From Candidatus Woesearchaeota archaeon (GTDB lineage Archaea; Nanobdellota; Nanobdellia; Woesearchaeales; JASKKU01): a DNA stretch of 64,000 nucleotides. Below the pieces are notes generated by a model, which was given only the letters and a program-made list of their open reading frames with translations, was not told the DNA's origin and did not search any database. Positions 30,079 to 41,800 of this stretch are shown here, in pieces (within the stretch, counting starts at the first letter, position 1; each line of letters begins with the position of its first letter). Where the stretch lies: NCBI GenBank assembly GCA_030154045.1, contig JASKKU010000002.1:7663-71662 (forward strand), given 5' to 3'. The position numbers and the translations under genes were made by a program.

Positions 30079-31523
30079 TTTTCATAGCAGTATAACAAGT
30101 TGTTAGAGATATTTAATTTTTGTTTGAGCATTTCTAAATCAACCGCTTTTAGTGTATCTATGTTAAAGTCTTTTCTCTCAAAGTCAGTTAGCATGAGACA
30201 TTGAGCATTATGTTCTTTAAGAAAATCAATGATACTGATTTCTAGAGGACTATTATATGTTGATTTTAGTTTCAAAACTTCATCTTTATCTAATTCTGTG
30301 AAAACAGCACTGTGTTTTGTATAAAATTCAATTAAGCTTGAGGTTTCGCCACTCGAAAGAATATTTAATGGTTCTTCGCTCAGGTTATCTGTTTTTTCAA
30401 GAAAAACAATCATTTGATTCGGAATTGAATTTGCACGGTTAGTTATTATGGTTTGTGGCAAGTAGAAGACTGCAAACCCCAAATTTAAGAGTAACGCAAA
30501 AATAAGAAACAGGTTTTTGCTCCTATTATTGAATCGAGATTTCATAAAAAAAGAGTTTATCAAAGTTAACGCTTTGCTGGCGCTTGCGCTTAATGAAATT
30601 GTTAACAGGAGTAAGAGAAAATAAACATTCGTTAATCTGGTAATTAGAAAGATAAAACTTACAATTAACAGCGATGCAAGGATATAAAATTTTTTTGATG
30701 ATTTTTCGTCATTAGATATCTCAGAGTAGAGTGCATAGATTCCAAACAAGATGGTTGTTGGGCCAATTAAAGGAACTATGTATGAGATATTAATGTGCGT
30801 AAATGCTGTGGTTATGGGACTTAAGAATTCCTGAACAATTATTGCTAGGTTTTTATCAAGGAGATAATCTTTGAAGAAGAAGATATAATAAGCAGCATAT
30901 AAAAAAGTGGAATATATTGCAAGCTCTTTCTCAAAATTAAGAATTTTTTTTGATTCGAGCAAATGTAAAACTAAATACACATAAATTGCAATTATGAAGA
31001 ATGCGGATAGTGGACTTGAGATTACTAAAAGGGAAACTAATGCAATTAAACTTAAGCTAGCTTTTTTATTGTAGATTGAATCGATCCAAAAACTTACAGT
31101 GGCTAGCATCAAGATTATAACAAAAGTTTCATTGAACAAAGTGTTCAAAGTCATCAAATAGAATACAGGTGAAGTAACAAACAGTACTAATGCAAAAAAG
31201 GATTTTTTGTAATCGTCGCTAAAATGAGTGATCAATACATAAGTTAAAAACAACAGAATACTCGCAAGTACAATTGACAAAATTTTTAAGATCATCACTT
31301 GAGAACTAAAATTTACATTATAAGCCCTCAAAGGAAATAAAATTGCGTTTATAAAAAGATAAAATCCTTCATGTATGCCTTTTTCTTTACCTAGAGCCTT
31401 AACAAGATTTGAATAAGTTTCAGGATAACTTAAGTTTGGAGTTGAAAAAACTACAAACGCCTCTAAAAGAATGACTAAGAAAAAAGCGATATACAGGAAC
31501 CAGTACCTTTTTACAGCATTCAT
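30075..31523 (-). CDS. polytopic membrane protein with a C-terminal soluble domain (possible PMT/ArnT-like GT-C glycosyltransferase)
   Basis: About eleven TM helices are followed by a ~130 aa hydrophilic C-terminus. No WWDYG (AglB) motif was seen. Confidence 0.3.
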   Translation of the reverse strand: MNAVKRYWFLYIAFFLVILLEAFVVFSTPNLSYPETYSNLVKALGKEKGIHEGFYLFINAILFPLRAYNVNFSSQVMILKILSIVLASILLFLTYVLITHFSDDYKKSFFALVLFVTSPVFYLMTLNTLFNETFVIILMLATVSFWIDSIYNKKASLSLIALVSLLVISSPLSAFFIIAIYVYLVLHLLESKKILNFEKELAIYSTFLYAAYYIFFFKDYLLDKNLAIIVQEFLSPITTAFTHINISYIVPLIGPTTILFGIYALYSEISNDEKSSKKFYILASLLIVSFIFLITRLTNVYFLLLLLTISLSASASKALTLINSFFMKSRFNNRSKNLFLIFALLLNLGFAVFYLPQTIITNRANSIPNQMIVFLEKTDNLSEEPLNILSSGETSSLIEFYTKHSAVFTELDKDEVLKLKSTYNSPLEISIIDFLKEHNAQCLMLTDFERKDFNIDTLKAVDLEMLKQKLNISNNLLYCYEK

Positions 31524-31533
31524 TTTAAAAGAC

Positions 31534-32643
31534 TTATTCTGGCAAGATTTTCAAAAGGTTTAACTTTAACCCTTTTTGATTTAGTTCAACCTTTTTAATG
31601 ATATTGAAACCTCTTTTTTCAAATTCTTCAGTTAGGTTTGTTATTATGTTTAAATCTAATTTAATTACAGGCAATACATACTTTTTAATTTTGTCTAAAA
31701 TGTCGTTATTTTTGTATTTACTTAAACTAATATAAGTTATCGCTTTGTCAAAAGGTTCATCGAAAGAAACATCAAAAAATCTCAAATCAATCTTAGAAAA
31801 TCTAATCTTTTTAGCTATGCCTGCAATCTTAGCATTTTTTCTCGCAGCATCGATGTTTGGAAAAGCCATATCTGTAGCAAACAGGTTTATACCTTCAAAT
31901 TCTTTTCCGTCAACCTTGTTAAAAATTTTGTCAAACTCAAAATCTATGCTTGCAGAATTGGATAATTCAGTTTTGTCATAGAACCTAACAGAACGATTGC
32001 TTAAGTAATGGTATGCTTCAAGTATTAAAGTGTTATCTTTGCACAAGAAATCTACTACTTTCTGTTTCCTGTTTAGCTCTGAAAACAATACTAATGCAAA
32101 CGCTGTTAAGGGTTTTAGTCCAGTTTTATTAACGAAAACTCGATATGTTCTTCTTGACAAGTCTATGTTAAATAAACTTAAACCCAAAACGCAATGGAAT
32201 GAATTATTTATTTTTTGTATACTTAAAGTAAATTTCCTTTTAGCAGACTTAAAATTCTTATTAGCTGAAAATCTCTCGCTTAAACTATCCGCAAGTTGAT
32301 TTGCCAACTCAAAACTCTTTGATTTTATTATCTCGTCATTTGTTTCAATAGAAACAGAAAAATCAGAAAGTTCTCTTAAATTAGGGATACTCTTTAAATC
32401 AAGTTTCTCAAATATTTGTTTGATTAATTCTTGTTCATTGATTTCATTTAACTCTTTTTCAAAAAGCACAAACCCTAAATCAGAGATTGATTGACTTAAG
32501 TAAGAAAGTTCTATTGCTTTTTCTAAGTTGGCTTCAAACAAAAAGATGTTGTTTACTAAGCTACCCTTTATCTCAAATCGTTCCTCAAATTCCTTCTTAA
32601 GAAAATTTTCTAAACCAAAGTCTGTTTTAGAAAAAAGTTTCAT
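31534..32643 (-). CDS. hypothetical protein, coupled to gyrA
   Basis: This 369 aa protein has no recognisable catalytic motif. Its start overlaps the gyrA stop (ATGA). Confidence 0.3.
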   Translation of the reverse strand: MKLFSKTDFGLENFLKKEFEERFEIKGSLVNNIFLFEANLEKAIELSYLSQSISDLGFVLFEKELNEINEQELIKQIFEKLDLKSIPNLRELSDFSVSIETNDEIIKSKSFELANQLADSLSERFSANKNFKSAKRKFTLSIQKINNSFHCVLGLSLFNIDLSRRTYRVFVNKTGLKPLTAFALVLFSELNRKQKVVDFLCKDNTLILEAYHYLSNRSVRFYDKTELSNSASIDFEFDKIFNKVDGKEFEGINLFATDMAFPNIDAARKNAKIAGIAKKIRFSKIDLRFFDVSFDEPFDKAITYISLSKYKNNDILDKIKKYVLPVIKLDLNIITNLTEEFEKRGFNIIKKVELNQKGLKLNLLKILPE

Positions 32644-35048
32644 TTTGCAATCTTTGAGAAAGATATAACTTTGTCTCCTTCAGATAACCTAATAATTCTG
32701 ACGCCTGAAGAATTTCTACCATAAACTGGGATCTCCGAACAGTTCACTCTTATAACATTGCCTTGAAGAGTAACAACCAGCAATTCATCTTCATCGTTAA
32801 CGATTTCACAACCAATAACATAGCCGTTTTTATCACTGAGTTTTATATTTCTGATACCTTTTCCGCCACGATTCGTTATTCTATACTCATTAATTTCAGT
32901 TCGCTTTCCGAAACCTTCTGATGTAATTGTTAGTATGCTATCACTTTCGTTGTTTGAAACTTGCAATGAAACTACCTCATCATTGCTTTGCAAAGTTATG
33001 CCTTTAACGCCCATAGAATTCCTTCCTGTTTCTCTTACAGCTGCTTCATTGAACCTTATTGCTTGTCCTTGTTTCGTAAACATAAACAACCAGGAGCCTA
33101 CTTTAGATAATTTAACATCAATTAATTCATCGTGTTCTCTCAACTTTATAGCAATTATGCCTGTGCTCCTTGGAGTTGAGAACCTTTTGAGGGCAGTTTT
33201 CTTAATTAAGCCTTTCTTTGTTGCAAATACCAAGAATCCTTCTTCTAATTCTTTTAAAGGAATCACTGCTTTTGCAGTTTCATCTTCGTCCAATTTTAAT
33301 AAATTGGTTAAAGGTTTCCCGCGAGACTGTCTGCTACCTTCAGGAACTTGATATACTTTCAGCCATTTAACTCGGCCTTTGTTTGTGAATACTAAAAGAT
33401 AATCTTTTGAATTCGCGATGAATATATCTTTCAAATTGTCCTCATCCCTTAATTTAGCACCGATAACTCCCTTCCCACCGCGTCTCTGAACCTTATATTC
33501 TTCAAGGTCAGATCTCTTTATATAATCCTTGTTGCTTATCATGATTACCCAAGGTTTGTCCTCAATCAAATCTTCGAAGTCTATCTCAACATCTTCTTCA
33601 AAGTTAAAATCAGTCCTTCTCTCATCACCATATCTTTGTTTAATCTCTAAAGTTTCCTTTTTGATTATGTCAAGAACTTTCTGTTCAGATTCAAGTATGC
33701 TTCTCAATTCTTCAATTGTTTGTTTTAATTTAGTTTCTTCATCCTTTAGTTTTGTTCTCTCTAATTTTGTAAGTTTCTGTAATCTCATCTCTAATATTGC
33801 TTTGGCTTGGATTTCAGTGAGAGAATATCTTGAAATTAATGAGCTCTTAGCCTCTTCAACACTCTCACTAGCCCTTATTAATTTGACAACATCATCCAAA
33901 TTTTCTTGAGCAATGATTAATCCTTCAACAATATGCAACCTGTCTTCAGCTTTCTTTAAATCAAACGCAGTCCTTCTCTTTATAACTTCTTTCCTAAAAT
34001 CAATGAACTTTTCAATCAATTGTTTGATATTAAATACCTTAGGTCTTTTTCCGTCTAAAGCCCTCAATTGAACGCCGAAAGTAACCTGTAACTGAGAGTG
34101 TTTGTATAATTGATTCAGTATAATGTCTTCATTTACGCCTTGTTTTAATTCAAATACAATACGAATTCCTTCTTTATTTGACTCGTCCCTTATGTTGCTT
34201 ATGCCGTCAATAGTGCCTCTTTTAACTAATTCAGCAATTTGTTCGATTAAAGAAGACTTGTTTACTTGATAAGGAATTTCAGTAATAACTATGAGCTTTT
34301 TATTCTTCTTCTCTTCAAAGTGTGCTTTCGACCTAAGGATTAGTTTACCATAACCTGTGTGAAAATAATCGTAAATTCCTTTTTGATTTATTATTGTTGC
34401 ACCAGTTGGGAAATCCGGACCTCTGATTATTTTGCTTAATTCTAAAATCGTTATGTTTGGATTGTTTATTGTTTCAACAATGGCATCACAAACTTCGTTT
34501 ATATTATGTGGAGGTATGTTTGTAGCCATGCCCACAGCAATTCCCGATGAACCGTTAATTAATAATTGAGGTATTGTTGTCGGTAAAACTACCGGTTCTT
34601 TTAAACTACCGTCAAAGTTTGGCACGAAATCTACTGTATCTTTTTCAAGGTCTTTAAGGAGTTCTTCGCCTATTTTAGAAATCCTTGCTTCAGTATACCT
34701 CATGGCTGCAGCACTGTCTCCGTCAATGCTTCCAAAGTTACCTTGTCCTTCAACCAAAGGATACCTTAACGAGAATGGCTGAGCCATTCTTACAAGAGCA
34801 TCATAAACAGCAGAATCTCCATGAGGATGATATTTACCCAAACAATCTCCAACGATTCTTGCACTTTTTTTGAAAGCACTAGAACTAGTTACACCTAACT
34901 CATGCATAGAATAAAGGACTCTTCGATGTACTGGTTTTAAACCATCCCTTACATCAGGCAAAGCTCTGCCGATAATGACAGACATTGCGTAATCCAGATA
35001 TGAATTCCTTAACTCTTCCTCGATTGGTTGCTCAACGATTCTGCCCAT
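32640..35048 (-). CDS. gyrA: DNA gyrase subunit A
   Basis: [22 protein letters not shown], the active-site region [10 protein letters not shown], and C-terminal beta-pinwheel repeats are present. Length is 802 aa. Confidence 0.9.
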   Translation of the reverse strand: MGRIVEQPIEEELRNSYLDYAMSVIIGRALPDVRDGLKPVHRRVLYSMHELGVTSSSAFKKSARIVGDCLGKYHPHGDSAVYDALVRMAQPFSLRYPLVEGQGNFGSIDGDSAAAMRYTEARISKIGEELLKDLEKDTVDFVPNFDGSLKEPVVLPTTIPQLLINGSSGIAVGMATNIPPHNINEVCDAIVETINNPNITILELSKIIRGPDFPTGATIINQKGIYDYFHTGYGKLILRSKAHFEEKKNKKLIVITEIPYQVNKSSLIEQIAELVKRGTIDGISNIRDESNKEGIRIVFELKQGVNEDIILNQLYKHSQLQVTFGVQLRALDGKRPKVFNIKQLIEKFIDFRKEVIKRRTAFDLKKAEDRLHIVEGLIIAQENLDDVVKLIRASESVEEAKSSLISRYSLTEIQAKAILEMRLQKLTKLERTKLKDEETKLKQTIEELRSILESEQKVLDIIKKETLEIKQRYGDERRTDFNFEEDVEIDFEDLIEDKPWVIMISNKDYIKRSDLEEYKVQRRGGKGVIGAKLRDEDNLKDIFIANSKDYLLVFTNKGRVKWLKVYQVPEGSRQSRGKPLTNLLKLDEDETAKAVIPLKELEEGFLVFATKKGLIKKTALKRFSTPRSTGIIAIKLREHDELIDVKLSKVGSWLFMFTKQGQAIRFNEAAVRETGRNSMGVKGITLQSNDEVVSLQVSNNESDSILTITSEGFGKRTEINEYRITNRGGKGIRNIKLSDKNGYVIGCEIVNDEDELLVVTLQGNVIRVNCSEIPVYGRNSSGVRIIRLSEGDKVISFSKIAK

Positions 35049-35119
35049 TTTCCTTAGATTTTTGTGATTGTTAAAAGCAGCTCAAATAAAAAAAAAATAA
35101 AAACAAATAAGAAGTGGTT

Positions 35120-35335
35120 TTACTCTTCTTGTTCTTCTTCGTCTTCGAGGTCTTCCTCTACAAGTTCATCTAACTTGTTGTTGAACTCTTCCTCAGTAAT
35201 CACTCCTTTATCAATTAACAGCTCGATTAAAGCATCAATTTTTAGATGCGCATCGTACAACAAATCTTCAGCAGTATACTCTTCGTTTGATTCGAAATTT
35301 TCGTTAGCCATTTTAATGATAGCAATTTCTTTCAC
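35120..35335 (-). CDS. small acidic protein (71 aa)
   Basis: It is D/E-rich, with a pI that must be very low. No motif was recognised. Confidence 0.3.
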   Translation of the reverse strand: MKEIAIIKMANENFESNEEYTAEDLLYDAHLKIDALIELLIDKGVITEEEFNNKLDELVEEDLEDEEEQEE

Positions 35336-35370
35336 TTTTTAAATCTTTTTATACTTGATTGCTAAAAATT

Positions 35371-35871
35371 TCAACCTTTTTTGTTCTGCAATTCAATAAC
35401 AGAATAAATGAAAAACAGGTCCGAAAGCCGATTAAACACTTTTGTCAACAAGAAGTCAGTTTTTTTAATTTTGGTTAATGAAACAACTTTCCTCTCGCAT
35501 CTTCTGCATACTGCTCTGCAGAGGTCTAATCTTGAAGACTCCTCATAATCTCCAAAAATTATAAAATTCTTTAATTCAATTGTTTTCTCATACTTCTCTA
35601 CTTGAGAATCAAGCCAGTTTAAGAACTCTTCAACATCTTTCAGATAGTTCTTCCCTCCGCAAGCAACAAACGCATTTACTTTAATTAGGTACTCTTGGAT
35701 TGTTTTTAATTCTTTACAAAACATATTGCATTTTACTCTTGCAAACCCGACAAATGCATTTAATTCATCTATTGTCCCAACAACTTCAAAAATTATAGAA
35801 TCCTTATGAACATCTTTTTCAGTAAGCGTACTACTTTTTCCAGAATCCCCTTTTTTTGTGCTAATTTTCAT
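35371..35871 (-). CDS. PduO-type ATP:cob(I)alamin adenosyltransferase-family protein
   Basis: The N-terminus (ISTKKGDSGKSSTL..DSIIFEVVGTIDELNAFVGFA) matches the PduO/MMAB pattern (TRTGDKGxTSL..YGxVDELNsxIG). Confidence 0.45.
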   Translation of the reverse strand: MKISTKKGDSGKSSTLTEKDVHKDSIIFEVVGTIDELNAFVGFARVKCNMFCKELKTIQEYLIKVNAFVACGGKNYLKDVEEFLNWLDSQVEKYEKTIELKNFIIFGDYEESSRLDLCRAVCRRCERKVVSLTKIKKTDFLLTKVFNRLSDLFFIYSVIELQNKKG

Positions 35872-35956
35872 GCATTTTTAAAAGACAATCCTATTTAAAA
35901 AACTTAGGAAAACGGCAATAATAAAACTTATAAAACCAAATAATCTTTTTTAGGAA

Positions 35957-36280
35957 ATGCCTAGAAAACCCGGAAGCATTATCAGAGAAAATATCAAGAA
36001 AATCCTCTTAGTCGTTAAAGAGATTGATGGCTATTCTTTATACAAGTTGTATGTTTCTTTGTTTCCTCAAGTCACGCAAAGATCTATATACTATCATCTT
36101 AAAAAAGGCACAGAACTTGAAGAATTTAAGGTTTCAAGGGTTGAAAAAATCTCAGGGAATTTTTCATGGGGGGACAGTTCAATTAAGATATACTACTCTT
36201 TGAATAAACCTCCTCAAGTTTCAATCTCAAACCAAGAAAGAAACAAAATAAAAGCTGCTTTTGATAAACTAAATTCATAA
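35957..36280 (+). CDS. small putative winged-helix protein
   Basis: This 107 aa protein has a YSLYKLYVSLFPQVTQRSIYYHLKKG helix-turn-helix-like segment. Confidence 0.3.
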   Translation: MPRKPGSIIRENIKKILLVVKEIDGYSLYKLYVSLFPQVTQRSIYYHLKKGTELEEFKVSRVEKISGNFSWGDSSIKIYYSLNKPPQVSISNQERNKIKAAFDKLNS

Positions 36281-36293
36281 ATGGAGAGTTCAA

Positions 36294-38741
36294 TCAAAAG
36301 TTTGACTCAGAGTTTTTTAGATAAACTTCAATACCAATTTTATAAATATCACTTTTGTTTTTAATCTCTGAATCTGAAAATTCTAACTTTGATATGCCAA
36401 AGAACTCTTTCAAGTATTCTCTAATCTTGTCAAACAGGATTGAGTATCTCTTCTCTTTTATATGGACTTTGATGATAAGATTTTCTTTGTTTTCTTTTAA
36501 TTTTATACTCTTCTTTTGGATGTCTCTTCTTGCTGCCTTGATTAAGTCCTTTAACATCTCGCCGCAGTCATAATCTGTAGTTGTTCCTAATTTGAATTCA
36601 GATGGCCATTTGTTCAAATGTATGCTTTTGTTAATTTCATTAACATAGATAGTGTGATAGATTTCTTCAGTTATAAAAGGCATTATTGGGGAAAACATTT
36701 TTATTAAAGCCAGAAGGACATGGTAAGAAGCAAATCTAACCGCTGCTAGTTCTTTGTCTGAAAGTTTATTCATTTGTTTGCTAACTATTTTGAGATATGT
36801 GTTTGAAAAATCCTTTATCAAAAAAACCTCGAGCTCTTTTCTACCATCCGCGAATTTATAGGATTCAAAACTTTTAGTGACTTTAGTTATAACTTCATCC
36901 AACCTGTAAAACAACCATTTCTCAAGAGTTCTTAGCTCATATTTAGAATCCTCAATTTTATGGTCTTTTAAGAGTTCTCTTACTAGTCGTGAAACATTCC
37001 AAAGCTTATTTATAACCCTTTTTGCTCTTTTGAGCTCAGATTCGTTTAATGCAAGGTCTTCCCCAAGATTTTTTGAAGCCGCCCAGAACCTAATTGCATC
37101 AGCACCATAAGAATTAATCAATTCTAAAACACCTTTAAAATTTCCTCGGGATAACGAAATTTTCTTGCCTTCTTCATCATTGACAAAGCCATGAATCATA
37201 ACTTCTTTCCAAGGTGTTTGATTTTCATGCAGATGTGATTTTAACAAAGTATATGTAAGCCAAGTATATATAATATCGTGACTCTGAACCCTAAGAGTTA
37301 AAGGAAACATCTTTTCAAAAAAACCTCTATCACTTAACCATCTTGTTATTATAAATGGATTTAAAGAACTCGTAGCCCAAGTATCCATTACATCAGTCTC
37401 AGGAATAATGTTTGTTGAACCGCATCTAGGACATTTATTTACTGTAGATTCATCAACCTCGGGGTCTACAGGCAAATCCTCCTCTTTAGCTAGAATTATA
37501 TTGCCGCAATCTTTGCAATACCACACAGGGAATGGCACTCCAAACTTTCTCTGTCTAGAGATATTCCAATCCCATTCTATGTTTTTTATCCAGCTCTCAA
37601 ACCTTTTTTTCATAAACTCCGGATTCCACTGAATCTTGTTTCCTAATTCGATCAACTTTTCTTTCAAATCAAGAATCTTAACAAACCACTGCTTTTTACT
37701 TTGATAAATGATTTTAGTATTACACTCTTTGTGTATTCTTTCTAAAATAATTCCTTCAGTTTCACTTTCGATTAAATTTAATTTTTTCAACCTATCAACA
37801 ATTGCTTTTCTCGCGTCTTCAAGAAAAAACCCTTCGAATTCTTTAGCGAGGCTAGTTAACTTTCCTTGGTTATCAATCACTTTTTTTAAAGGAAGGCTGT
37901 GCGCTAAAAATAACACTGTATCTAAATTATCTGCAAAAGTTGCGCACATCTTTACGCCTGTACCTCTGTTTGGACTAATTCTTCTATCAGTTAGAATTGG
38001 AACCTCTGATTCAAAAATAGGAACTTTGGCCTTTAGTCCAACATATTTCTTATACCTTTCATCATCTGGATTAACAAACAAAGCAACACAGCCAGGCAGA
38101 AACTCGACTCTGCTAACCGAAACAATTAAATCATCCATCCCTTTTACTTTAAATCTAATGTTATAGAAGGTAACCTTCTCATCAACATGTTTTGTCTCCC
38201 TTTGAGAAACTGCTTTTTTACAATGAGGGCACCAAAAAAACGGCGCGTCTTTTTGATAAACTCTTCCTTTGTTGAACAAATCCAAAAAAGAATACTGGGA
38301 AATTCTTCTGCTTTCTTTATCAATTGTAGAATAATAAAAGTTCCACTCTGCTGAGATTCCTAATGCGACCCATTGCTGTTTGAGTTTGTTTTCAATTTCC
38401 TTAGTTTCTTTCAAACAAAGTTCTATAAATTCTAGCCTATTCATATCTTCAGCTTTTTTTCCTGTAATCTTTTCAATTAATGCTTGAGTAGGTAATCCGT
38501 TATCATCAAAACCAAAAGGGAAAAACACTTGAAATCCGTTCATCCGTTTGAACCTGGCAACGAAATCTAAGAGTGTATATCCAAAAGAATGCCCCAAATG
38601 CATCTTTCCTATAACTGTTGGTGGCGGTGTATCTATTGAAAAAATAGGCTTGTCTGTTTGTTCAAACTTGTATGTATTGTTATTGTTCCAAACCTTTTTC
38701 CATTTTTCCTCAATTTCAAAAAAAGCGTAATGTTTGTTCAT
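36294..38741 (-). CDS. valS: class I aminoacyl-tRNA synthetase, most likely valyl-tRNA synthetase
   Basis: The N-terminus (IDTPPPTVIGKMHLGHSFGYTLLDFVARFKRMNGFQV) matches the ValRS HIGH region. A degenerate KMSKS (GKKISLSRGN) is present. Length is 815 aa. Confidence 0.55.
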   Translation of the reverse strand: MNKHYAFFEIEEKWKKVWNNNNTYKFEQTDKPIFSIDTPPPTVIGKMHLGHSFGYTLLDFVARFKRMNGFQVFFPFGFDDNGLPTQALIEKITGKKAEDMNRLEFIELCLKETKEIENKLKQQWVALGISAEWNFYYSTIDKESRRISQYSFLDLFNKGRVYQKDAPFFWCPHCKKAVSQRETKHVDEKVTFYNIRFKVKGMDDLIVSVSRVEFLPGCVALFVNPDDERYKKYVGLKAKVPIFESEVPILTDRRISPNRGTGVKMCATFADNLDTVLFLAHSLPLKKVIDNQGKLTSLAKEFEGFFLEDARKAIVDRLKKLNLIESETEGIILERIHKECNTKIIYQSKKQWFVKILDLKEKLIELGNKIQWNPEFMKKRFESWIKNIEWDWNISRQRKFGVPFPVWYCKDCGNIILAKEEDLPVDPEVDESTVNKCPRCGSTNIIPETDVMDTWATSSLNPFIITRWLSDRGFFEKMFPLTLRVQSHDIIYTWLTYTLLKSHLHENQTPWKEVMIHGFVNDEEGKKISLSRGNFKGVLELINSYGADAIRFWAASKNLGEDLALNESELKRAKRVINKLWNVSRLVRELLKDHKIEDSKYELRTLEKWLFYRLDEVITKVTKSFESYKFADGRKELEVFLIKDFSNTYLKIVSKQMNKLSDKELAAVRFASYHVLLALIKMFSPIMPFITEEIYHTIYVNEINKSIHLNKWPSEFKLGTTTDYDCGEMLKDLIKAARRDIQKKSIKLKENKENLIIKVHIKEKRYSILFDKIREYLKEFFGISKLEFSDSEIKNKSDIYKIGIEVYLKNSESNF

Positions 38742-38878
38742 TTTTCCAATACTTCAAAAATATTTTAACAGTCTATGAGTTTTTAAATTTATTCTTATAT
38801 TCACTTCAGTTTTGGCTTAGAACAACTCACGAATAGATACAAAAACTTATTAAATATAAAATTAAGTTTTTTCATGCG

Positions 38879-41800
38879 ATGGGGGGTTTTGGATTTTTTG
38901 GTAGAAAATCTTTGCCGGATTTGGATGAGGAAATTGACTTAGATAAACTGTCTTCTCCAAACGATTCAGAGTTGTTAAATGAACTTAAAAAAGAGTTGGA
39001 AGAATTAAAGAAACAGCAACCGGAAAAACAATCTGCAAAGAAAATAAAAACCTCCAACAAAATAAAAGATTTTAAATCAATCGTTGAGATTGAATATTTC
39101 CTTAAAGAGATTGATGATGCTTTCTTTAAACAAAACATGGATATAATTAAACAAAAGATTATAGAGTTTATAGATAAAGTCCTTCCAGAAACTGCATTAT
39201 CATTTGAAATTTCTTTATTGGGTGATAAAGGGAAGTTGCTCAATAAAATTCATGTTATCAGGGAAGTTTATGGCGACTTAACCTTGGGAAAAAGTAGAAC
39301 TTCAAAATCAGAAGCAAAACAAAAGAAAGAGGCTGTTGAAACAAATCCTAAAGATAATGAAGATAAAAAGCCATCTATTAAGTTTAAAACCGACGAAGAT
39401 GAGAACGCTGTTAATGGTGTAGAAGCTAAAGGTAACATCGATTTTGATAAGCAGGCTGAAGCAATTCACATCTTGCGATTAGTGGACCCAAAAGAAGCAA
39501 TTAAGCTTGATTCAAAGAATATTCGTTCATTAGAAGAATTGAAAAGTTTTATTGAAACATTGCCAGAAAAAAAGTTTAACCTGTTAGTCTTGCCTTTGAA
39601 TCGTAGAAAGAACATTGCCAATTGGATTGAACATGTCATAGGTTACCCTGAGCTTGCTGAGAAATTGATGCTGTGCGAAACTAGAGACGAAATCCATTCA
39701 GTTCTTGATGAAATGTATGAGAGAGTTAAAGACCTTGTTGTTTATGGAAAAATAAATTCCGAGGAAGAAAACGTGAATCTTTTGCCTGATTCTGATTCAA
39801 ACGAGTTAGAAAGTGATAAGCCATCTACAGAGAATACAAACAAGGATTCTGATTTAGACAAAGAATCTCAAAAGAATAACATGAATATTAAAACCCCAAT
39901 TTTAAAATCTGAAAGTAATGCTGAACTTGAAGATGAAAACTTCCAGGAAGTTTCAGAACTTGACCAACAAAACGAGAACAATTTGAGCAGGATCCTTGAG
40001 CAATTGCCTTTGCTTTCAGAGGAACAATTCAAACAGAAACGGCCAGAAATTTTTAATATTTTTTTAAAAAATAAAATATCAAAGAAAGAACTCTTATTAT
40101 TTGTGAAGTGCAAAACCAAAGATGAGTTTGCCCAAACTTTAGAAGAATTTTTGTATTCTAGACCTGAGTTTGAAAATTCTCTTAAAAAACTCACGAAAGA
40201 TGAGACTACTTCCCTAGAAAAAGAATTAAGTTCCATCCTTGCTCTTACACAAATCAAAGAAAGCATTTCAGATGAAGCGCCTATTGAAGAAACAAATCAG
40301 CCTGAAACACAACAAAAAACCAAAAAACGTTCCATCTTCAAATTTGGAACCGAAAAGAAAACTGATGCTGTTGCTTCTAATCAAAAATCTCCTAAATTAA
40401 ATCCTGAACCTCAACTTGATTCCCAACTTGTTCTGCAAGATGACCTAAGCAACATCAAAAGACAAACAACTTTAAATCAAAAAGTAGGCAATAAACAAAA
40501 TCCAAAATTAGAGAACGCTTTTAGTGGTTCAATTAAGAGTTATGATTCAAATACAGCTTCAAGATTGAAAGATGATGAAAACTTCTTTGATTATGTTTCT
40601 CAACTTAAACAAGAGCTTGAAGTAATGAAAGAAAAGAATCTCGATTTGAATGTTTTGCCTCCACCAACCCTTGATGATAAAGCACAGCCTTCACAATTTG
40701 AAAAGGGGTTGTTTGACCTGGTTAAACCAGAGGTCAATGAATCTTTGTTTGATGCAAAAGAACGTTCAGTTGAAAAAATTTCTCAACAAGATACCTTTAC
40801 AAAAACAAAAGACGAGCTTATTAATACTTTAATGAGTGACAAACCTGATACAAAACAGGCTTTTAAAGAACAGAACACACAACAGATAAAAGGTCTTGGT
40901 TTGGATAATATAGGATTTAATCATCAAGCTGAAGAAATTAAAGAGACAGTCAAAATTAATTCTTTGGAGGAATTCGAGAAACAACTTCTTGAGAAAGAAC
41001 GCGAGCTTCTAGAAAAGAAAATTGAACTTCTAAAACGGAAGAGAGAACTTGAGCGCGAGAACTTAAACAAACTTATGCAAAACATCGAGCTCCAAGACGC
41101 TCTTCTAAGCAAACTTTCAGAAGAGAGGCCTTCGATTGAAGATAACTTTGAAACAAAATCTCAAAATCAAGGTTTAAGCAATGAACAAAAGACTAAAACT
41201 TTAGCAGATAATAAGCTTAAAACTCAGTCTTTGTCTATACAAGAAGCACACCAAGGAGCTAAAGTTGTGAAACCAGAAAACTCAAACGAACTTTTCGAAG
41301 TGAAAAAAGCGATTGATGAAATACAAAAAACTGTTAGTGAAATAAACCGAAAATTAACTTCAACAGAAAAAGAGGATTTATTCAATCAAAGCAATGTTAC
41401 CATAAAAACATTTAAAGAAAGTGCTAGAGATACTACAAAAAATAATGAGCAAATCTTAAATAATGCTGATGAGTTTTCTCTTGATGATCTTATATCTCTT
41501 GTTGACAATTTTTTAGGCAGAGATTCTTTTGATGATGCTGAAAAAATTATCATGAAAGCAAGAAACTTAATTAAAAACAATCGAACTTTGAATTCAAAAA
41601 GAGAATCCAATAATAAAACTCTTGCAACAAAAACAACAACTCACCAATTTAAAACAGTAGAAGCATCTTCACAATCTTCCAAAAGTCAAAAGAGTTTAGA
41701 TGCTTTTAAGGTTGGTCAAGAATCTAAAACTCAAGAATCAAAAACAAAAGACAATTCGGAACTAAATTCCAAGACTGAAAATCTAGTACAAGAATCAAGC

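Noticed and set aside
38872-39243. A minus-strand 123-aa ORF overlapping the start of the 1052-aa coiled-coil gene
   Set aside because: It is antisense to a long, consistent reading frame and its S-rich low-complexity sequence marks it as spurious.
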